From Ruditapes philippinarum (taxonomy: Eukaryota), in contig NW_026860755.1 of assembly GCF_026571515.1 (NCBI RefSeq), positions 1 to 64,000 on the forward strand: DNA of 64,000 bases. The letters run 5' to 3'. The notes beneath the pieces were generated by a model. It saw only the letters and a program-made list of their open reading frames with translations. It searched no databases and was not told where the DNA came from. Position numbers and translations under genes: made by a program. Numbering within the stretch: position 1 is the stretch's first letter; each line of letters begins with the position of its first letter. Below are positions 12,536 to 26,741 of this stretch, one piece after another.

Positions 12536-13310
12536 CTTTATCATATTTTAATTATAGTCTCATTCTCAGTGACTTATAAAATAAATCTGTTGAAGATGCA
12601 ACAAGAAAGAACTTGAAAAACTACAAATGCTTGCAATCAATGACAGAACAATGTTCTATACTTTTTAGCTTTTAAATCATGCAGATGTTGATTAAACAGC
12701 CATGTAACGTCAGTCAAGATGCCAAATATAGCTTTAAAACAAAGGTACAAGACATACGGTGTGATTGAACTGTCAGTACAGAATGCCCATAGTGTCATGG
12801 TAGAATCTGACTTTGCCAGGTGGTGTTTATAATGTACAGCATACAATGACAGGTAGTTATGTTGTCATTTAAATATGTTCTCATAAAAACACAAAAATGA
12901 CAGTATTATCATTGATGAAAGACACAAACAATGATCATGTCTTCATTTTGGTTAACTACAAAATTCCTTAGACATCTGATCTTTTGCAAACAAACAATTC
13001 GATATACAAATGATATTTAGCTTTCTTTGTAACTGAAGTAATTTCAACTTGTATGGTTTTAGTAGAGGAATGTACGGGCAAAATTACCCAGAATAAAAAA
13101 AACAACATAATTATATATTTATTCTTAAAATGACAGGAAAAATATAAGTGTGATTAATGACGTTAATTAATGAAACTATTTTTCCAAAAAAATTTAGAGT
13201 AAAGACATAATCATACATCCAACCGTTTTAATAACGTGCATATAAATAGCAATGAAGATTATTCAAATTATTGGATGCTTCATTTTCATTGACATCGCAT
13301 AAAATTTTAA

Positions 13311-13470
13311 TCGGAAACAATGAAATACAACAATATAGTATGGACATTACAGACTCGGTTTGATTACATCTGTTCATAACAGATACTGAATAAGTGCAAC
13401 ATCTCTCACGTCCACTAGCGCTCGCTTCGCGTGGTCTAACGGTTCACACTTTCCACGTAGTTAAATCAAA
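13311..13470 (-). ncRNA. Divergent single copy of the structured RNA-like element (B-like)
   Basis: Minus strand: gcgaagcgagcgctagtggacgtgagagatgttgcacttattcagtatctgttatgaacagatgtaatcaaaccgagtctgtaatg. It keeps TTGCACTT and AATCAAACCGAGTCTG. Confidence 0.65.
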
Positions 13471-14373
13471 GTTAGAAGTCCTATCAGTATGACAAAGAAC
13501 CATTTTAATGCAAGATTGATAAATGATAAATTATTTTGCAATTCCAAATATGTTCATGCTATTTTGTGTTTTAAAGTAGAGTTATTACAATAAATGATCA
13601 TGAAATATTAAATATCTTATTTACATTGCTCTAGCGGCTTTCCACTAATGGTGATTTTCATACATACATTCAATACTTCAGAGTTAGATGCGTGTGATGT
13701 TATAGAAAGGAAAATAAAAATTGTAAATGTTTTAAAATCTTTGAAACATGTACATCAGTATTGAATCTCGTATTTTGTATCAGCATAAGATTGGCTTATT
13801 GTTTAAAGCGATTGAATAACCAAAAGTAAATTTACAGCAAGTATTTTGTTGGATTTGTGGGCAGAAACAAGAAGTATCTTGAAAAAAAGATAATCGGCCG
13901 AATTTAACTGGTAAACTTGCATATGTAAGTTCTTAGACCTCCATGCAATCATAAAGAAATGTTAGCAATGATAAAATATTGTCTTGTAAGGTTAATAATC
14001 TTGAAAAATGGAGCACTTTAAGATGTATGTGTATTTAAACGAACCTGTCGTGTTTTGGTAACTCAATTTTTTAACTCATTTTCTCACACCAACCTCTAGG
14101 CAGTCGGTAGGCAATTATTTTTATTACTTGATAACTATGCACAACTATATTTTAAATATAACTGGTAAACAAACTGTCGTTCGGATGTTCTAAGATAAAG
14201 ATATATTAAAGTAACAACATTTTAGTGACATGCATGGAAAATAACATTTAATTATTCCTTTCCAGCACATAAATGAATTGTTGTTAAAACGCATTGAAAG
14301 TTAAGCTATCTTTCGTCAATTTTCGTTGTTGTAACTCACTATATCGGTGAGTTACGAGACCTTTGTTGTCAAG

Positions 14374-14604
14374 AAACAACAAAATTAGTACATTGGAGTG
14401 ATCTATGCATGCATTTAAATGAAAGTGCAAAAATAACAGGTATATGACAGTGACAATACATGAACAACTATACAGTTGTTAATAAAAGTGTACTAAATAT
14501 CAAGAGCACCATTAACATGCACCATATTAGTATGATGTGACGGACCAGGAAAATTCATAAACAATTATTTGAGTTTATCGGATATAATAACGCTTCAACA
14601 TTTT
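14374..14604 (+). repeat. ~230 bp dispersed repeat with an inverted partner at 24596-24829
   Basis: Nearly identical to the reverse complement of 24596-24829, for example caagagcaccattaacatgcaccatattagtat. Confidence 0.85.
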
Positions 14605-14940
14605 AGTAATCCATATAATTCATAGACGTTTATGTATATAACATATTTCTGCACACAAAAACATAGCTTTCCAAAGCATTCAACATCATAATCTAATTAA
14701 CACAATGACCAATCTGCCAAACCATATTGACTTACAAGGTAACTAAAATGTGCAGCTAGATATAAATGTATGAGTAAAGGGAGAAAACTGATTTAACTTA
14801 GACCGTTACAATCTTACATTGTTGTCTGCCTCTAAAATATATATATTTATAAATTGAATGATTTTGTATAATTACACTACAACAATTGGATCTGCAATCA
14901 AAATAACAATAAGTGATTATGACCCTTAACAAATAAGATA

Positions 14941-16237
14941 TACGAGAATTGATCAAAAAGTTCTCGGCCCGATGTACTTCTTGTAGTCAGAGAACCCAAC
15001 TAATGGTCTTACTTTTCAATATAATTGCCCTTTACATCAATGCACTTTGACCACCTGTGCTCCAAGTTATTTAACAATTCAAAATAGAACTCTCTATTTG
15101 GTCCTTTAATAACTCATTGACCGCCCCCATGACACCTTCATTGCTTCCAAAACGTCTTCCATGAAGCTTGGTTATCAGTTTCGAAAACAGGTAGAAGACA
15201 GAGGGGGCCAAGTCCTGAGAATATGAGGGATGGGGAATAATTTCAAAGCCGCAGTCAGTTGCAGCAGCCATCGCAACGATGGATGTGTGAGCTAGCACAA
15301 TGCTTGACGGGACAGTATGCCTTGAGTCAGTTTGCCCCTCCTTTTACGCGCGATTTCTTGACGCAGAACTCTCAATTCGTCTGCATAGTACGTACCGTTT
15401 ATGATACGACCTTGCTTAAGATAGTCAATCATGATTATTCCCCAACTATCCCAAACATTTAAAGCCATCGTCTTCCCTGCTGATGGCACCCTCTTGACTT
15501 TCTCCGGAGGGGGCGAGACGGTGCTTCCACTGCAGGCTCTGTTTTTTTATTCTTGATCGAAGTGATGGACCAATGTTTCATTTTCAAGTACGATCCGATA
15601 GATAAAATCAGGTTCAGCCTAATAACGAGAAAAAAGATATCTTGAAATGTCAAGCCTGGTCTGTTTCTGGTCGTCAGTCAACTGTCTTGGAACCCATCTA
15701 GTAGAAACCTTTGACATGCCATAGACATCAGTCGCAATTGCCTGAACTGAACCAAAGCTTATACCACTTCCGTAGCAATGCTTCGCAGGTCTCACCTTCT
15801 CTCGCACATGACCATATCGTGCACAGCTTCGGCAGTTTCATCGTTGGTGGCCTCTTTTGGCCGCCCAGGACGCTCATCATCTCCAATGCTCTCCCTGTCC
15901 CTCTTTATTTAAGCAGCCCATGTTGTCACAGTGCTATAGGAAGGAGACTCCTCCCCAATTGTATCCATAATGTTTTCATAGATTTTCTTGGGGGCCATTC
16001 CTTTCTTTTTCTTACACAGGTTCAAATGACGGTTCTGATTTCAATATCTTCTATTTTGTCTAAATGACACACACACCTCTACTGATCACAGTGCGTTTTA
16101 TGTTACTTAATCTGTGTAAAAACAGCGTGTAACTTCGGTATTCTTCAATAAGATATCGCTATCGACGTATCATGTGTAAATGTCAGTAAAATGGCTAGAA
16201 GTATATCGGGCCGAAAACGTTTTGTTCATACCTTGTA
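14941..16237 (-). mobile_element. Decayed mariner (Tc1/mariner) DNA transposon, ~1.3 kb, with a transposase pseudogene
   Basis: Degenerate ~40 bp TIRs with terminal TA (tacgagaattgatcaaaaagttctcggcccgatgtacttct vs revcomp tacaaggtatgaacaaaacgttttcggcccgatatacttct). Frameshifted fragments carry the mariner motifs WVPRQL, WDSWGIIMIDYL and HPSYSQDLAPS. Confidence 0.92.
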
Positions 16238-18687
16238 TATTATGCCATAGATTTTCATATTTTTCTATTACTTTACAGTATGTATTTTGAATGCCTGTAT
16301 CAATTTGATTTAACATTTAATCTTTTTGAGATATCTGCTTTCTTTTTCAACAGACATTTAACATCATAACAAAAACGGAAAAGTTACATTTATTTTATCA
16401 CAGTAACATGTAGTTGCAATAATGATATGAAACTATTTGACCATCCATGATATCACTGTGCTGGTACTCCTCTTATCGCATGGCATCGAACCTTTTCTTT
16501 TACCTACCAATGATACTCAGTACATTTTCATTGAGCATTTGAAAACTGTTTTTATTTATAACAATACAGTTTTTTTCATTGATTAATTTAGGAAAAAAAC
16601 TTAACTTATATATAACGGTTAAGTTTCTTTCGCATCTTGTATATATCAGTATTTTTTTATCCCAGTGGCTCCAAAGTGGCAGCGGTAACGACTATTACCA
16701 GTAGTAAAGAAAATGAAAGAAAAGAAAAGAAAAGAAAGAAAATTAATGAAATGAAATTTATTCTCATATAATTATACAGCTGCTAATTCAAAAATCAAAA
16801 CGTGCATCCGCTGATTATTATTATTTCCACTGAAAAAGCCCTTACATCTTGAATCCACAAGATATCAGTTTACAATCCGTCTCTAACATTGAACGTCTTT
16901 AAGTTTTAAATATGTTAAAAAGCTATACGGTAGCTTTTGGCAGCATTTTATCTGGGAGTTAAATGTAAAAAAGTGAAAGGCACAAGAGAGAGAAGTGCAC
17001 AGTTTTTTGTCATAACTGATTTCTCTTACAAAAATATGAAATTGCCATAAAACAATCATAATATATGAAACTCTTTAGTTCCCCAGATCAGTTCCTAAGA
17101 CAAGTAATATAGAAATTCACCCGGTATTTATACACATTTGGTAGTCATGACAATGACAAAATCCTGCTTAGATGGTAACAGAGTAAACTGTATAAGTGAC
17201 ATGAAGTGTATTTGATCATTATTGAACAATAGACGTACTTTTAGCCAACTTTTAGTAAAGACGTCAATACGTCAGTGATTACACACTGGTAAACTCGTTC
17301 ACAAGTTTGCACCTGGTTACACCTGATTTCACGTTTCACCTTTTATTTATATCAATATCTTAGAAACGGGAACGAACTAAATCTTCCCCGTGTGAGCAAA
17401 CTAATAAAACAGAAACAGGTCGAGTCTTTTCCAAGGGACTTTATTATACCCTTATTTTTGATTATCATGGAACTTACCATGTTTTATACTTAGTAGCTTC
17501 TTATTTGAGGACACACCCGAAGATGACACGGGCCTTCCACACGTATGTCCATGGCTAAAGGGTGACGCATGCCCTTGTTCAGGATCCCATAAAATGTGCC
17601 TACACTGTAGGAAGTACAGTAACGCTTGATAAGATTTTATACAAGACGTCCGCCATTGTGACGAATTTCGTTCAACAACGCCACCACTTTATTGAAACAT
17701 CATGACAGAAACTTTACGGGAGAAATAGACTGAAATACGTCGATAGTGTTTGTTTGCGCAGTGATTTTTCATATATAATCATTTTTCATTTATAAATATT
17801 CGTTTCTTGTAAATAAATTTGTATTTATTTTCTGTTCTGAGTTGTTGGTTGTTTTAGATAGCAATTGTGGTCGGCCTGGTATCCCATCGTAGTCCCTATT
17901 GTGACAATTGATTTGTAAAATAACTCATAACAAATTCTTAACTAATCGAATGATTTCAATTAAGTCGACCAATGAAAAATATAGAATTAATCCGAAAGCA
18001 CCAATCAAATTAACTTTTACAAATAAGGTAAGGAAAATTAGCTAAAAGTGCAATAAAAACTGTACAAAGTTTACTAAAATGCAGCCTTATTATGTATGTA
18101 TATAATTATGCTTTTGAAACAATTTACAAACATCGAAGAATATGTAAAATATGTACTGCAAATATTTGTCCACATATTTAATCATTAGAATATATGTATT
18201 CAATTCTTACTTAAAAATTTGACCAAGACAAAATAATTAATAAAATAATTGATAAACTATAGCACACACTTTTCACAGTTAATTTGCGATCATTATTGAC
18301 ACGCGTGTTACAAACATATGAACACCTGTTCAAGTTGAGGGCAAGGGTTTTAATTTACGATCTTAGTTGAAATTTGAAAGTGATAAAAGTCATAACATTT
18401 CTTCTTTTTTTTCTCCCGGATATTCGTATTTATTTTTCAATGTTCGAATACTCGGTAGTATTTCGAATATTCGTATATAAATCCCTGCTTAACTTTATTT
18501 GTATAATGATGCTGTTCTGGCTTTAGAGAAGGTACAATTGAATTACAATTTAATTCTTTTATAACTGTATTATAACTGCATTCACTTGATTAACATATCC
18601 TACAATTTTAACAGTCTGTAGCGTTCATGAACTGAAAGAATACCCTAAGAAAGTATGATTGTTTATAAAATGAAGCCGATAAATACG

Positions 18688-18853
18688 AAAATCTGGAAAA
18701 AGGGTGACCCCCAAAAGCAATAAGACAACAATGTGTAATGAAAATATCAAACGCAGTTGATGAGTCTATTTGTAAGAGATCTCTCACGTCCATTGCACCG
18801 GGTCAAGGAGTATTCAGTCTTCTTCACCATCCAAGCGTTAGAATCATTGACCC
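18688..18853 (-). ncRNA. Degenerate copy of the structured RNA-like element (B-like)
   Basis: Minus strand: gggtcaatgattc...cccggtgcaatggacgtgagagat...agactcatcaac...gggtcacccttttccagatttt, collinear with the B unit. The TTGCAC loop is deleted. Confidence 0.5.
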
Positions 18854-19521
18854 ATACTCAGTCTAACTGAGACTAATAACAAGTATAAAAGAGTATGTGA
18901 AAAAGTAACATCCCCCACGCTCCCGGCAAGTTATACTATCATTATTTATTCAAGCAAACAATCGAATAATGAACAAATACATAGGGATATTATTGTAGCG
19001 AAATTTCAACACTTTTGAACTATATTGAAAAAAATACTAACACTTTAAATCCATATATTCACTTTTAATTTTTCCTATAATACAGAACTCCTTCCTTCAA
19101 ATTTTTAATCACAATTTAAGTAACTCCAACATCAACTTTTGCAATAACTTTTAACAACTCTTTTTAACAACAATTGTCTAGAACACAATAACATCAATAT
19201 ATAGTAATCAAAAATTAGCGCCAAAAGAACTTGATAATTACAAGAAAAGCATGATAATCTTGAACATTTGTGAACGTGTGAATATTTCCTGCCAAAAATA
19301 AATGAGGAACAAGACGGAGTTTAAGTGTCATAAATAATATAAAACAAAACAGAAATACTTAATAAAAACAGGTGAAATATGAGAACTTACGATAAAAGTT
19401 ACATGAAATAAACATATAAGATTCAAGCCAAAAGTAAGAAGGATAGTTTTTGAATTTGACAATAGAAAATCGCTAGAAATAGCAACACTTATGATGTTTT
19501 TGAAAAAGAAAATTATTAGGA

Positions 19522-19990
19522 ACTTTCCTTCAGTGTTGTTATGTTTTCCTTGTCCTTCAGGATCATTGATTTAAGCACTTTTAAGTATTGGAAATTGAGT
19601 ACCACTCAAGCCGGTGTTAAAGGGCGTGTGGATTGTTGCACATTTTCATTATCCTGCAAACTCAAGTCTGCAATTTTCATGTAATTTTGTCGTGATAAAT
19701 GCTTCCGAGGTATTTCACTTTTTTCAAATTTTTTAACTTCACAACAGAAGGTGTCAAGTGCTGTGTGGCAGCTGTAAAATATTGCCCCGTACTTCACTTT
19801 AGTGTTGTTATATTTTTCTGGTCCTTCGGGATCAATGATTCCAGCACTTATAAGTGTTAAAAGCAGGTACCGTTAAAGCCAGGGGCGTGAGGGATGTTGC
19901 ATATTTTCATCATCCCTCATTTACAGACTCAATCAAACCGAGTCTTCACTTTTCACGTAATTTAATTCTTCCGAAAATCACTTATTTTCT
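19522..19990 (+). ncRNA. Two diverged head-to-tail B-type units (19522-19735, 5'-truncated; 19736-~19990)
   Basis: Contains acttcacaacagaaggtgtcaagtgctgtgtggcagc, ggtccttcgggatc, gtgagggat...atccctcat and cagactcaatcaaaccgagtc. The unit junction matches the 10.4-11.4 kb array, in the opposite orientation. Confidence 0.7.
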
Positions 19991-21433
19991 ACTGCAGCAT
20001 CTTAATGACACTATGTTATAAACGAACGAAACACTGGACATTTTGGAATCTTATAATACATAATATGATTGTTAATAGAATATTTTAATGAAGGAAGGAA
20101 TAGAGTACATGTATTTATATAAAAGTTTTGCCCTTTTTAATGCATTGTGGTATAGCCAGTTGTACCTTCTTACTTGCTATATAACTTATTATCTTCATAT
20201 AAAGAAAGTAACTGATAGTTTTTTTGTAAAAGTAACTTACTGACTCCATCTGTCAATATGTAATGATATTTGGTAATATAGATATACCGATTTAATAGCT
20301 TTAATTTTACAAAAATTAAAACAATTTCAATATTAATACTGCTGCACTATTTTCGTATACAAATAGTTTGTCTAAGGGAAATGGCAGACTTCGCAGACAT
20401 CTGAGAGTGAAACTGATAACGATCGCCGATTGGCTTATCTGTAAGACCCCTGCAGGCGATGTAATGTCAATTGTCGGAGATTGTTGTTCAAAGTAGCAAA
20501 GTTAAGCATGTTATTTGTGCATACTTCTCTTTCGATAGCAAGAGACTTTTTGCAAAATTTGCAATTCTTTCTTTTCTTAAAACAAAAGTTGCCTTGGGAG
20601 AAGTTACCCTGGAATATTGAAAATTTGTATCACAAAACTACAAATGAAAAAGATAACCACCCCCATTTTTGAACTCACGAGAACATATCTACAAGCATGC
20701 TCAAGCATCACTAGAGCACGTTGTCATATGAGTGTGCGATCACGTGTTTCAATTTATTTTGCATTTTATACACTGTTTTCGGAATTTGTACAATCATGCT
20801 TATGACAGGTGCTTAAAATGCGACCAAAAGTGAAGCCTTAATATAATATTTGTAATATTTTCCATTTTTCATGGGACCTCTGCGTGACCTCTGCTATGTT
20901 GTACACAAGTTAACTTATGCGCATTTTTAATGATAAAAAAATCGCAAACAAGAAATGTTGTTGGACGTAAATAGCTTATTTAGCTTTCTTAGCTCAGGAT
21001 TTAATAGCTGAACAAATATACATCCTACAATAAAAATACAACTGCGTCGTATCATTTTTTGTTTTCAACTGTGTCGTATCATTTTGTACAAATCATTATT
21101 TTCTTGGAAAATAAACACCCTTTTTAATGAAATTTAAGTAAGTGATGCAAAATTATATTTGAAGTTTATGGTAAAAACTGAAATGAGTATATAATTGCTT
21201 TGAAGGCAAAATCGATGGATAAAGCAATATGAACTGCGTCATATCCACAAAACTTTATAAAAATTCTGACCCGCTTCGAGTTACAAATTCGCTTTAACTT
21301 TTGTTTTACAAAATAGTTGTGAAAGCAACATATACTGGACGAACGTAAAAAAAGTGGAGCGTGTTCATACATATATCTGGTTTTCAGTCATTTCCATAAA
21401 AGAAAGAAATAAAGAAAAACATACTTTTCGTTC

Positions 21434-21445
21434 CAAGATGGCGGC
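21434..21445 (+). promoter_or_regulatory. YY1-type motif CAAGATGGCGGC
   Basis: Exact match to the YY1 consensus. No downstream gene was identified, and the motif may lie in a repeat. Confidence 0.3.
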
Positions 21446-22628
21446 GTTTGTTAACATTTTGTAAACACGGGTTTTCACACAAAAAAAAATAGAAAATACA
21501 ATTACAATTAATAATATGTCAATATTAATACGATTATTATGCGACAAAATACTTATTTGAAAAAATAAACAACTACTTCTAATCTATGAAAAATTAAATT
21601 TAGTTTCGACAATTTTGATGATTTGGATTTAGCAGCAGCAACTACATGTGTGTAAACATCAAAGACTGGTAGCCTTTATCAAAACTAAAATCCCGATAAA
21701 ACTACCGCTAAACGAACACAAAAATCGTTCACAAAACCGAGAAAGTGGCCTCGCTGTAAAATTTGTAATCAACTCTGTTATACCTGTTGTAAAAAGGGCT
21801 GATGCTGGCCGTAAATGGTTGTAGTTCAAGGTTCGAATCTCTGATAGAAAACGTCATTTCTTTTGCTCGCACCTGGATAAAAGTAGTATGTATTCCAATT
21901 ACATCTTATTAAGTATACGCTATGATAAATAAGCTTCTTATATTTCTTTATAACATGATTTACACGGCTTTTACCATTTAAAGCTTCATGACAACACAGT
22001 AACATGTGACCCTGGATTTTGAAGCAGTGCTTACATGTTGCCTGCAAATAGCTGTTAGTGTAACCAGTATAGATGATATAATACTTTGCAACATGCAAGC
22101 ATGAACTAAATAAAAAAACAAAACAGAACAACAATCGCTAATATGAAAAGTTTTATAGATTCGTTTATTCTTATATTCTTACAAATATTTGGCAATTGTT
22201 TCTTTTCAGAAATACAACATGCGCATTTAGGAAGATTTCAAAACTTTAAAGCTTGTCTTCTGAAGGTTTCTATGACAAAATTTGTTTTCCGAACTCTTTT
22301 CATTTTATCTAAAACTGCATTTTATCAATTTCATAAAAAATAAGGAATAGGTGTACTTGTTAAATAAAACGGGGTTTATATCGACCCCTGTTCTAATTTT
22401 GGTTTCCAGATGACCAAAAATAAGCTTTATAAGCTTAAAAATCAGCGATTATATTGTGCCGAAATATAAAGTACATTTCCTATTACGCCTTTGGGTCATT
22501 CAAACATCAGTAGAAAATCAACAAAATTGTAAAAAGTCATAGGATAAATTATATATATTTTTAACAAAAAGGTTCTTATATTTTAATTTCTTTATTTTCT
22601 TATATTATATTTTCATTAATGTACAGCG

Positions 22629-23561
22629 TTATATATTCGAATATTTGATGCTGTCTTTTAATGATAGAAAAGGAAACACTTTAAGCATTTCTTGAATTCC
22701 TTCCTTAACTTCAATTTTATGATGGAAACCTAATTTATGTATTTTCTCATAAGACACCTCATAATCCTTTTTGTCATTTTCGGTTTTATCACTTATTGTG
22801 CTAATAGTGCAGTCAGGTAATACCTCTTGTATAATGTGTACAACTTCTAACTTTGTCATATTTAATTGGTCATCTCCAATATTAAATGCTTTACCCGACA
22901 TTACTATTGCATTATCCAAAGCAAATATTATTGCACCCGCAGCATCTCGAACATGCAGGAATGTCCTTCTGAACTGACCTTCTAACAATCGGATATGATT
23001 TTCCATTACAGCTGTAAAAGTTAAATTGTTTATTGAAAGATCAAGTCTCATCCTAGGGGAGAGTCCAAATAACGTTGCGAATCTTAGACATATGCCACCA
23101 ACAGACCGAACTATTTCTTCGCCACGAACTTTACTTTTTCCATACAGAGAAAGAGGTTGTAGTGTTTTTTTCTCAGTACAGACACCTTCCATATACCCAT
23201 AGCAAGATCCTGTACTTGCAAATATCATAATTTGTGTTTTCGTCATGCTATCAACTACGTTTTGTGTTCCCAAAATGTTTGTTGACAATGCAGCATCTGG
23301 GTCTGAATCACATGCAGGATCGCCAACAACTGCAGCGAGATGGATAATTGCGTCTTTACCTAAAACAACTTCAGCAACATGATCTCGGTTTGTCACGTCA
23401 CCCTGTATAATTCTTAGATTAGACATGTAAACAACATGCAGTAATGAGTGTATTCCCCAGTTCAGTTTGTCATATACTGTAACCTCGTGTCCTTCGTCTA
23501 AAAGCATCGGCACCAATACTGAACCAATGTATCCAGCACCTCCTGTGATAAGTACTTTCAT
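22629..23561 (-). CDS. Intronless NAD-dependent epimerase/dehydratase (extended SDR), nucleotide-sugar modifying enzyme; 310 aa from the first ATG
   Basis: Uninterrupted ORF starting MKVLITGGAGYIGS (TGxxGxxG Rossmann motif), with HLAA, ASTGSCYG, catalytic YGKSK (YxxxK), RFATLFGLSPRMRLDL and RTFLHVRD. Confidence 0.92.
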   Translation of the reverse strand: MKVLITGGAGYIGSVLVPMLLDEGHEVTVYDKLNWGIHSLLHVVYMSNLRIIQGDVTNRDHVAEVVLGKDAIIHLAAVVGDPACDSDPDAALSTNILGTQNVVDSMTKTQIMIFASTGSCYGYMEGVCTEKKTLQPLSLYGKSKVRGEEIVRSVGGICLRFATLFGLSPRMRLDLSINNLTFTAVMENHIRLLEGQFRRTFLHVRDAAGAIIFALDNAIVMSGKAFNIGDDQLNMTKLEVVHIIQEVLPDCTISTISDKTENDKKDYEVSYEKIHKLGFHHKIEVKEGIQEMLKVFPFLSLKDSIKYSNI

Positions 23562-24595
23562 GATCAATTTTGATTGTCCAGTTAACTAACTAAACGGTTT
23601 GAGTAAATGTTAAAATTTCTTGGTCTACTTAGATTAATTCATACAATGGTAGTCTTTTTAGTAAATCAAACCTCCACTATGACATGTAATATATAAAAAT
23701 AATGTAGTTGTAGCTAGCTATGCTTCTTGTTAATATTTATCGTTTTTTTTTCAAGTAATGCGATTAGCTTATACAAACATTCTTATATACCCATGTACCA
23801 TAGCCATCTAATCAATAGCAATGTTTTGCTACGGTATATCAAAAATCAGAAGTTCAGTTAGAAATCATTCAAATGCGCTTTATCAATTTAATACATTTAT
23901 TATTTAAGACATGGACAGCTCTTTTTCATTGTTAAAAGACTTAACGAATTCACTTTTACTTCAATTGTTCAAATATATGCGAAATAGTTTGTAGGAAGCT
24001 AATTCAATAAATGAATATTACGAATATTGACAAAACAATAAACTACTTTTCAAAACATAGCACTTTTATGAAATAATTCATATATGCATGTATATAAAGC
24101 ATCAATGTTGTTTCAACCCCATGATATTCTTTAAATTATTTAAAAGACTGTTCATCCACAGCTGAAAGTTAAACTTTCATTAATATGCTTTTTGTCTATT
24201 TTTTTAATAAGGAGTTTATAATTATTTCTATTATCACCGTATTCATCTGTTCATATCACCAAGTTATGTGCATGTAAAAGTAGGTCATTATGATCTACAA
24301 ATTTCAATTAACAGTCATAAAATTCATTTTGCCAACATATATACCTAAAAAGATCTCTAAAGACTAATGATCTTTAAATTCGTCCTTCACTGACAGCTCA
24401 AGTATTTATCCACAGTTAATTACCAAATTTCAGACACTGGAAACAAGCCAATTTCATCGTTAGTTAATTGTTCACGAAAACGTTGTGTATCAGTACAGTT
24501 TAGTAAATAAATAACCGTCACAGGGCCTCAAGTATGCTTAATATGTATAGCTTTATCACTATAGTAATTGTAATTTGATCAGGACAAGAAAAGGC

Positions 24596-24829
24596 TAAAA
24601 TGTTGAAGCGTAATTATATCAGATAAACTCAAATAATTGTTTATGAGTTTTTCCTGGTCCGTCACATTATACTAATATGGTGCATGTTAATGGTGCTCTT
24701 GATATTTAGTACACTTTTATTAAAAAACTGTATAGTTGTACATGTATTGTCACTGTCATATACCTGTTATTTTTGCACTTTCATTTAAATGCATGCATAA
24801 ATCACTCCAATGCACTAATTTTGTTGTTT
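24596..24829 (-). repeat. Inverted partner of 14374-14604
   Basis: Reverse-complement near identity over ~230 bp. Confidence 0.85.
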
Positions 24830-26741
24830 GAGTTACAAAAACAATATAGATTTCCTGCAGACAATATTGACACACTTTTTTGAAGACGAACACAACGGAA
24901 CAAAGCACCAATACCGCAAAATAATTTTAGAACATTGTTGATTTTATACAGTACAAGTATGAGGTTTTCCATTAAAATATGTAAAATACAATCACCAGGA
25001 CAACCAGATTATGTTAACAATCAACACCAACATAACATTAATGTTCAAGAAACTTGTGATCTCAATTTAACTGTATTTCCTTTGTTTTTTATCTCATTTT
25101 TCGCCTTTTCCCAAAAGTATTTCAGTCATCAACGCGGGTAGTTTCCTTACCATCGTTCCTGGAGAGTAACACCAGTACTAGACTACCTTCCTCCGCGCTT
25201 AACTACCAAAGTATCTCCTGGGGATCTAACCCACGCCAGAGAGGTAACAGGATTAGAAGTCATATACTCTAATCCCTTGACCACATCCATTAATAGATAG
25301 GTAATATTACCACCATTAAACATCCAGTTTTGCATGGTTAGGTAACCATGTTGTTAATTTGTTTATACAAATGGAATAACCACGCCATAACCTAAACACG
25401 ATTATTAATACTTATATTTTAACCATCCTTTATAGTTTATACAATCCACTACTGTGGACACACAAGCACTGGGGACATACAAAAACTTCAATAAAAAACA
25501 TGAACCAAGTTTTAACAAGTATTTCTAGCAGAAAAATAGATCAGTGGACATTTTCTTCAAAACAAATCAATTGACATAAAAACCGAACATTAAAATCTCT
25601 CCAAACCTTAAATGCACTGGAAGTTCTACTTTTATTTACATGAAATAATTAACATTCAGTTGGCAATAATGTAAAGCATAAATATAAGCTATACATTTTA
25701 ACACTGGGGCCATTATTTGAACAGCTGTGGTAAACTTCCACTACATTCAGCAAACCAAATATCTAAGCTGTAGGCCTTAATATTTTAGAGAAGATTTTTT
25801 TTAATGATTTAATAAGTTAATCATGTTACTAGTGCCTTGCGACATGCAATGATGACGAAGAAATTTGTCAAGTTTGAGAGCATATTGCCTTGTACATGTA
25901 GTTTTTTTTTAAAAACATGCTACATACATAAGAAAATCTGATCCCAACCACATGGAAAAGGCTGCAAAATACTGGCGCTAAAAAGGACTAAAACTCTATC
26001 AAGGACACTTTACTATACTACCTCACATTGCAACCATATTACTCCAGACAGATTACTACCACATTATCCGAGAACAGGCTACTGTCACATAATTAAAGGT
26101 CATTGCTTATCAAACACGGACAGATCTTTACATCATTATACACTCGTACATGTACAGTACAAGTAATTGTCTTTTGCCCTGTTAAGTATTTGGGACTGTA
26201 TACTTTAAGAAAAGGCTGCCTAGATGCGTACCAGTCATTTGTATTAGAACACCAGATGCTAGACACAGAGTTAATCAAGTTACTGTGAAATAGTGGGCTT
26301 ATCAAAAAGAAAACTTTAAGGCACTTTCTAAAAAACACTTTATTCAATGAACTTGTTGTCACTTCTTCTGACAAACATTGAATTTATAAAAAACTTTCAA
26401 CTTAAAATTAGTAAAACACAAAAAACAAATTTCAAAATCAACTTTTTAAAATAAAAGTAAACATAAGACATATATCTATCTGTAAATTGTATAAAAAAAT
26501 CATATTTAAATCAAAGCAGCTGTATGTTGTAATTGAGAACAAATTTGACAATGAAATGGAAAAAGTAAGACCTATTACACGTAACTGTAAATGTTAATTT
26601 GAGTAAGTTTCAAAGCCATAATTATTCGAACAATTTACCAGACAAAATATGTAATGGTATGCAAAAGCAATTTCTATGTCAAAAAAGGCCATTACTGAGC
26701 TAAATTCATATTCTTTTTATGTAGGAGCAGGAGTAGGAGTA

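Noticed and set aside
20375-20495. GC-richer segment with ctgaga...gaaac and an atcgcc/ggcgat stem as a hammerhead ribozyme
   Set aside because: It does not fit CUGANGA plus stem II, and as a single copy it offers no covariation evidence.
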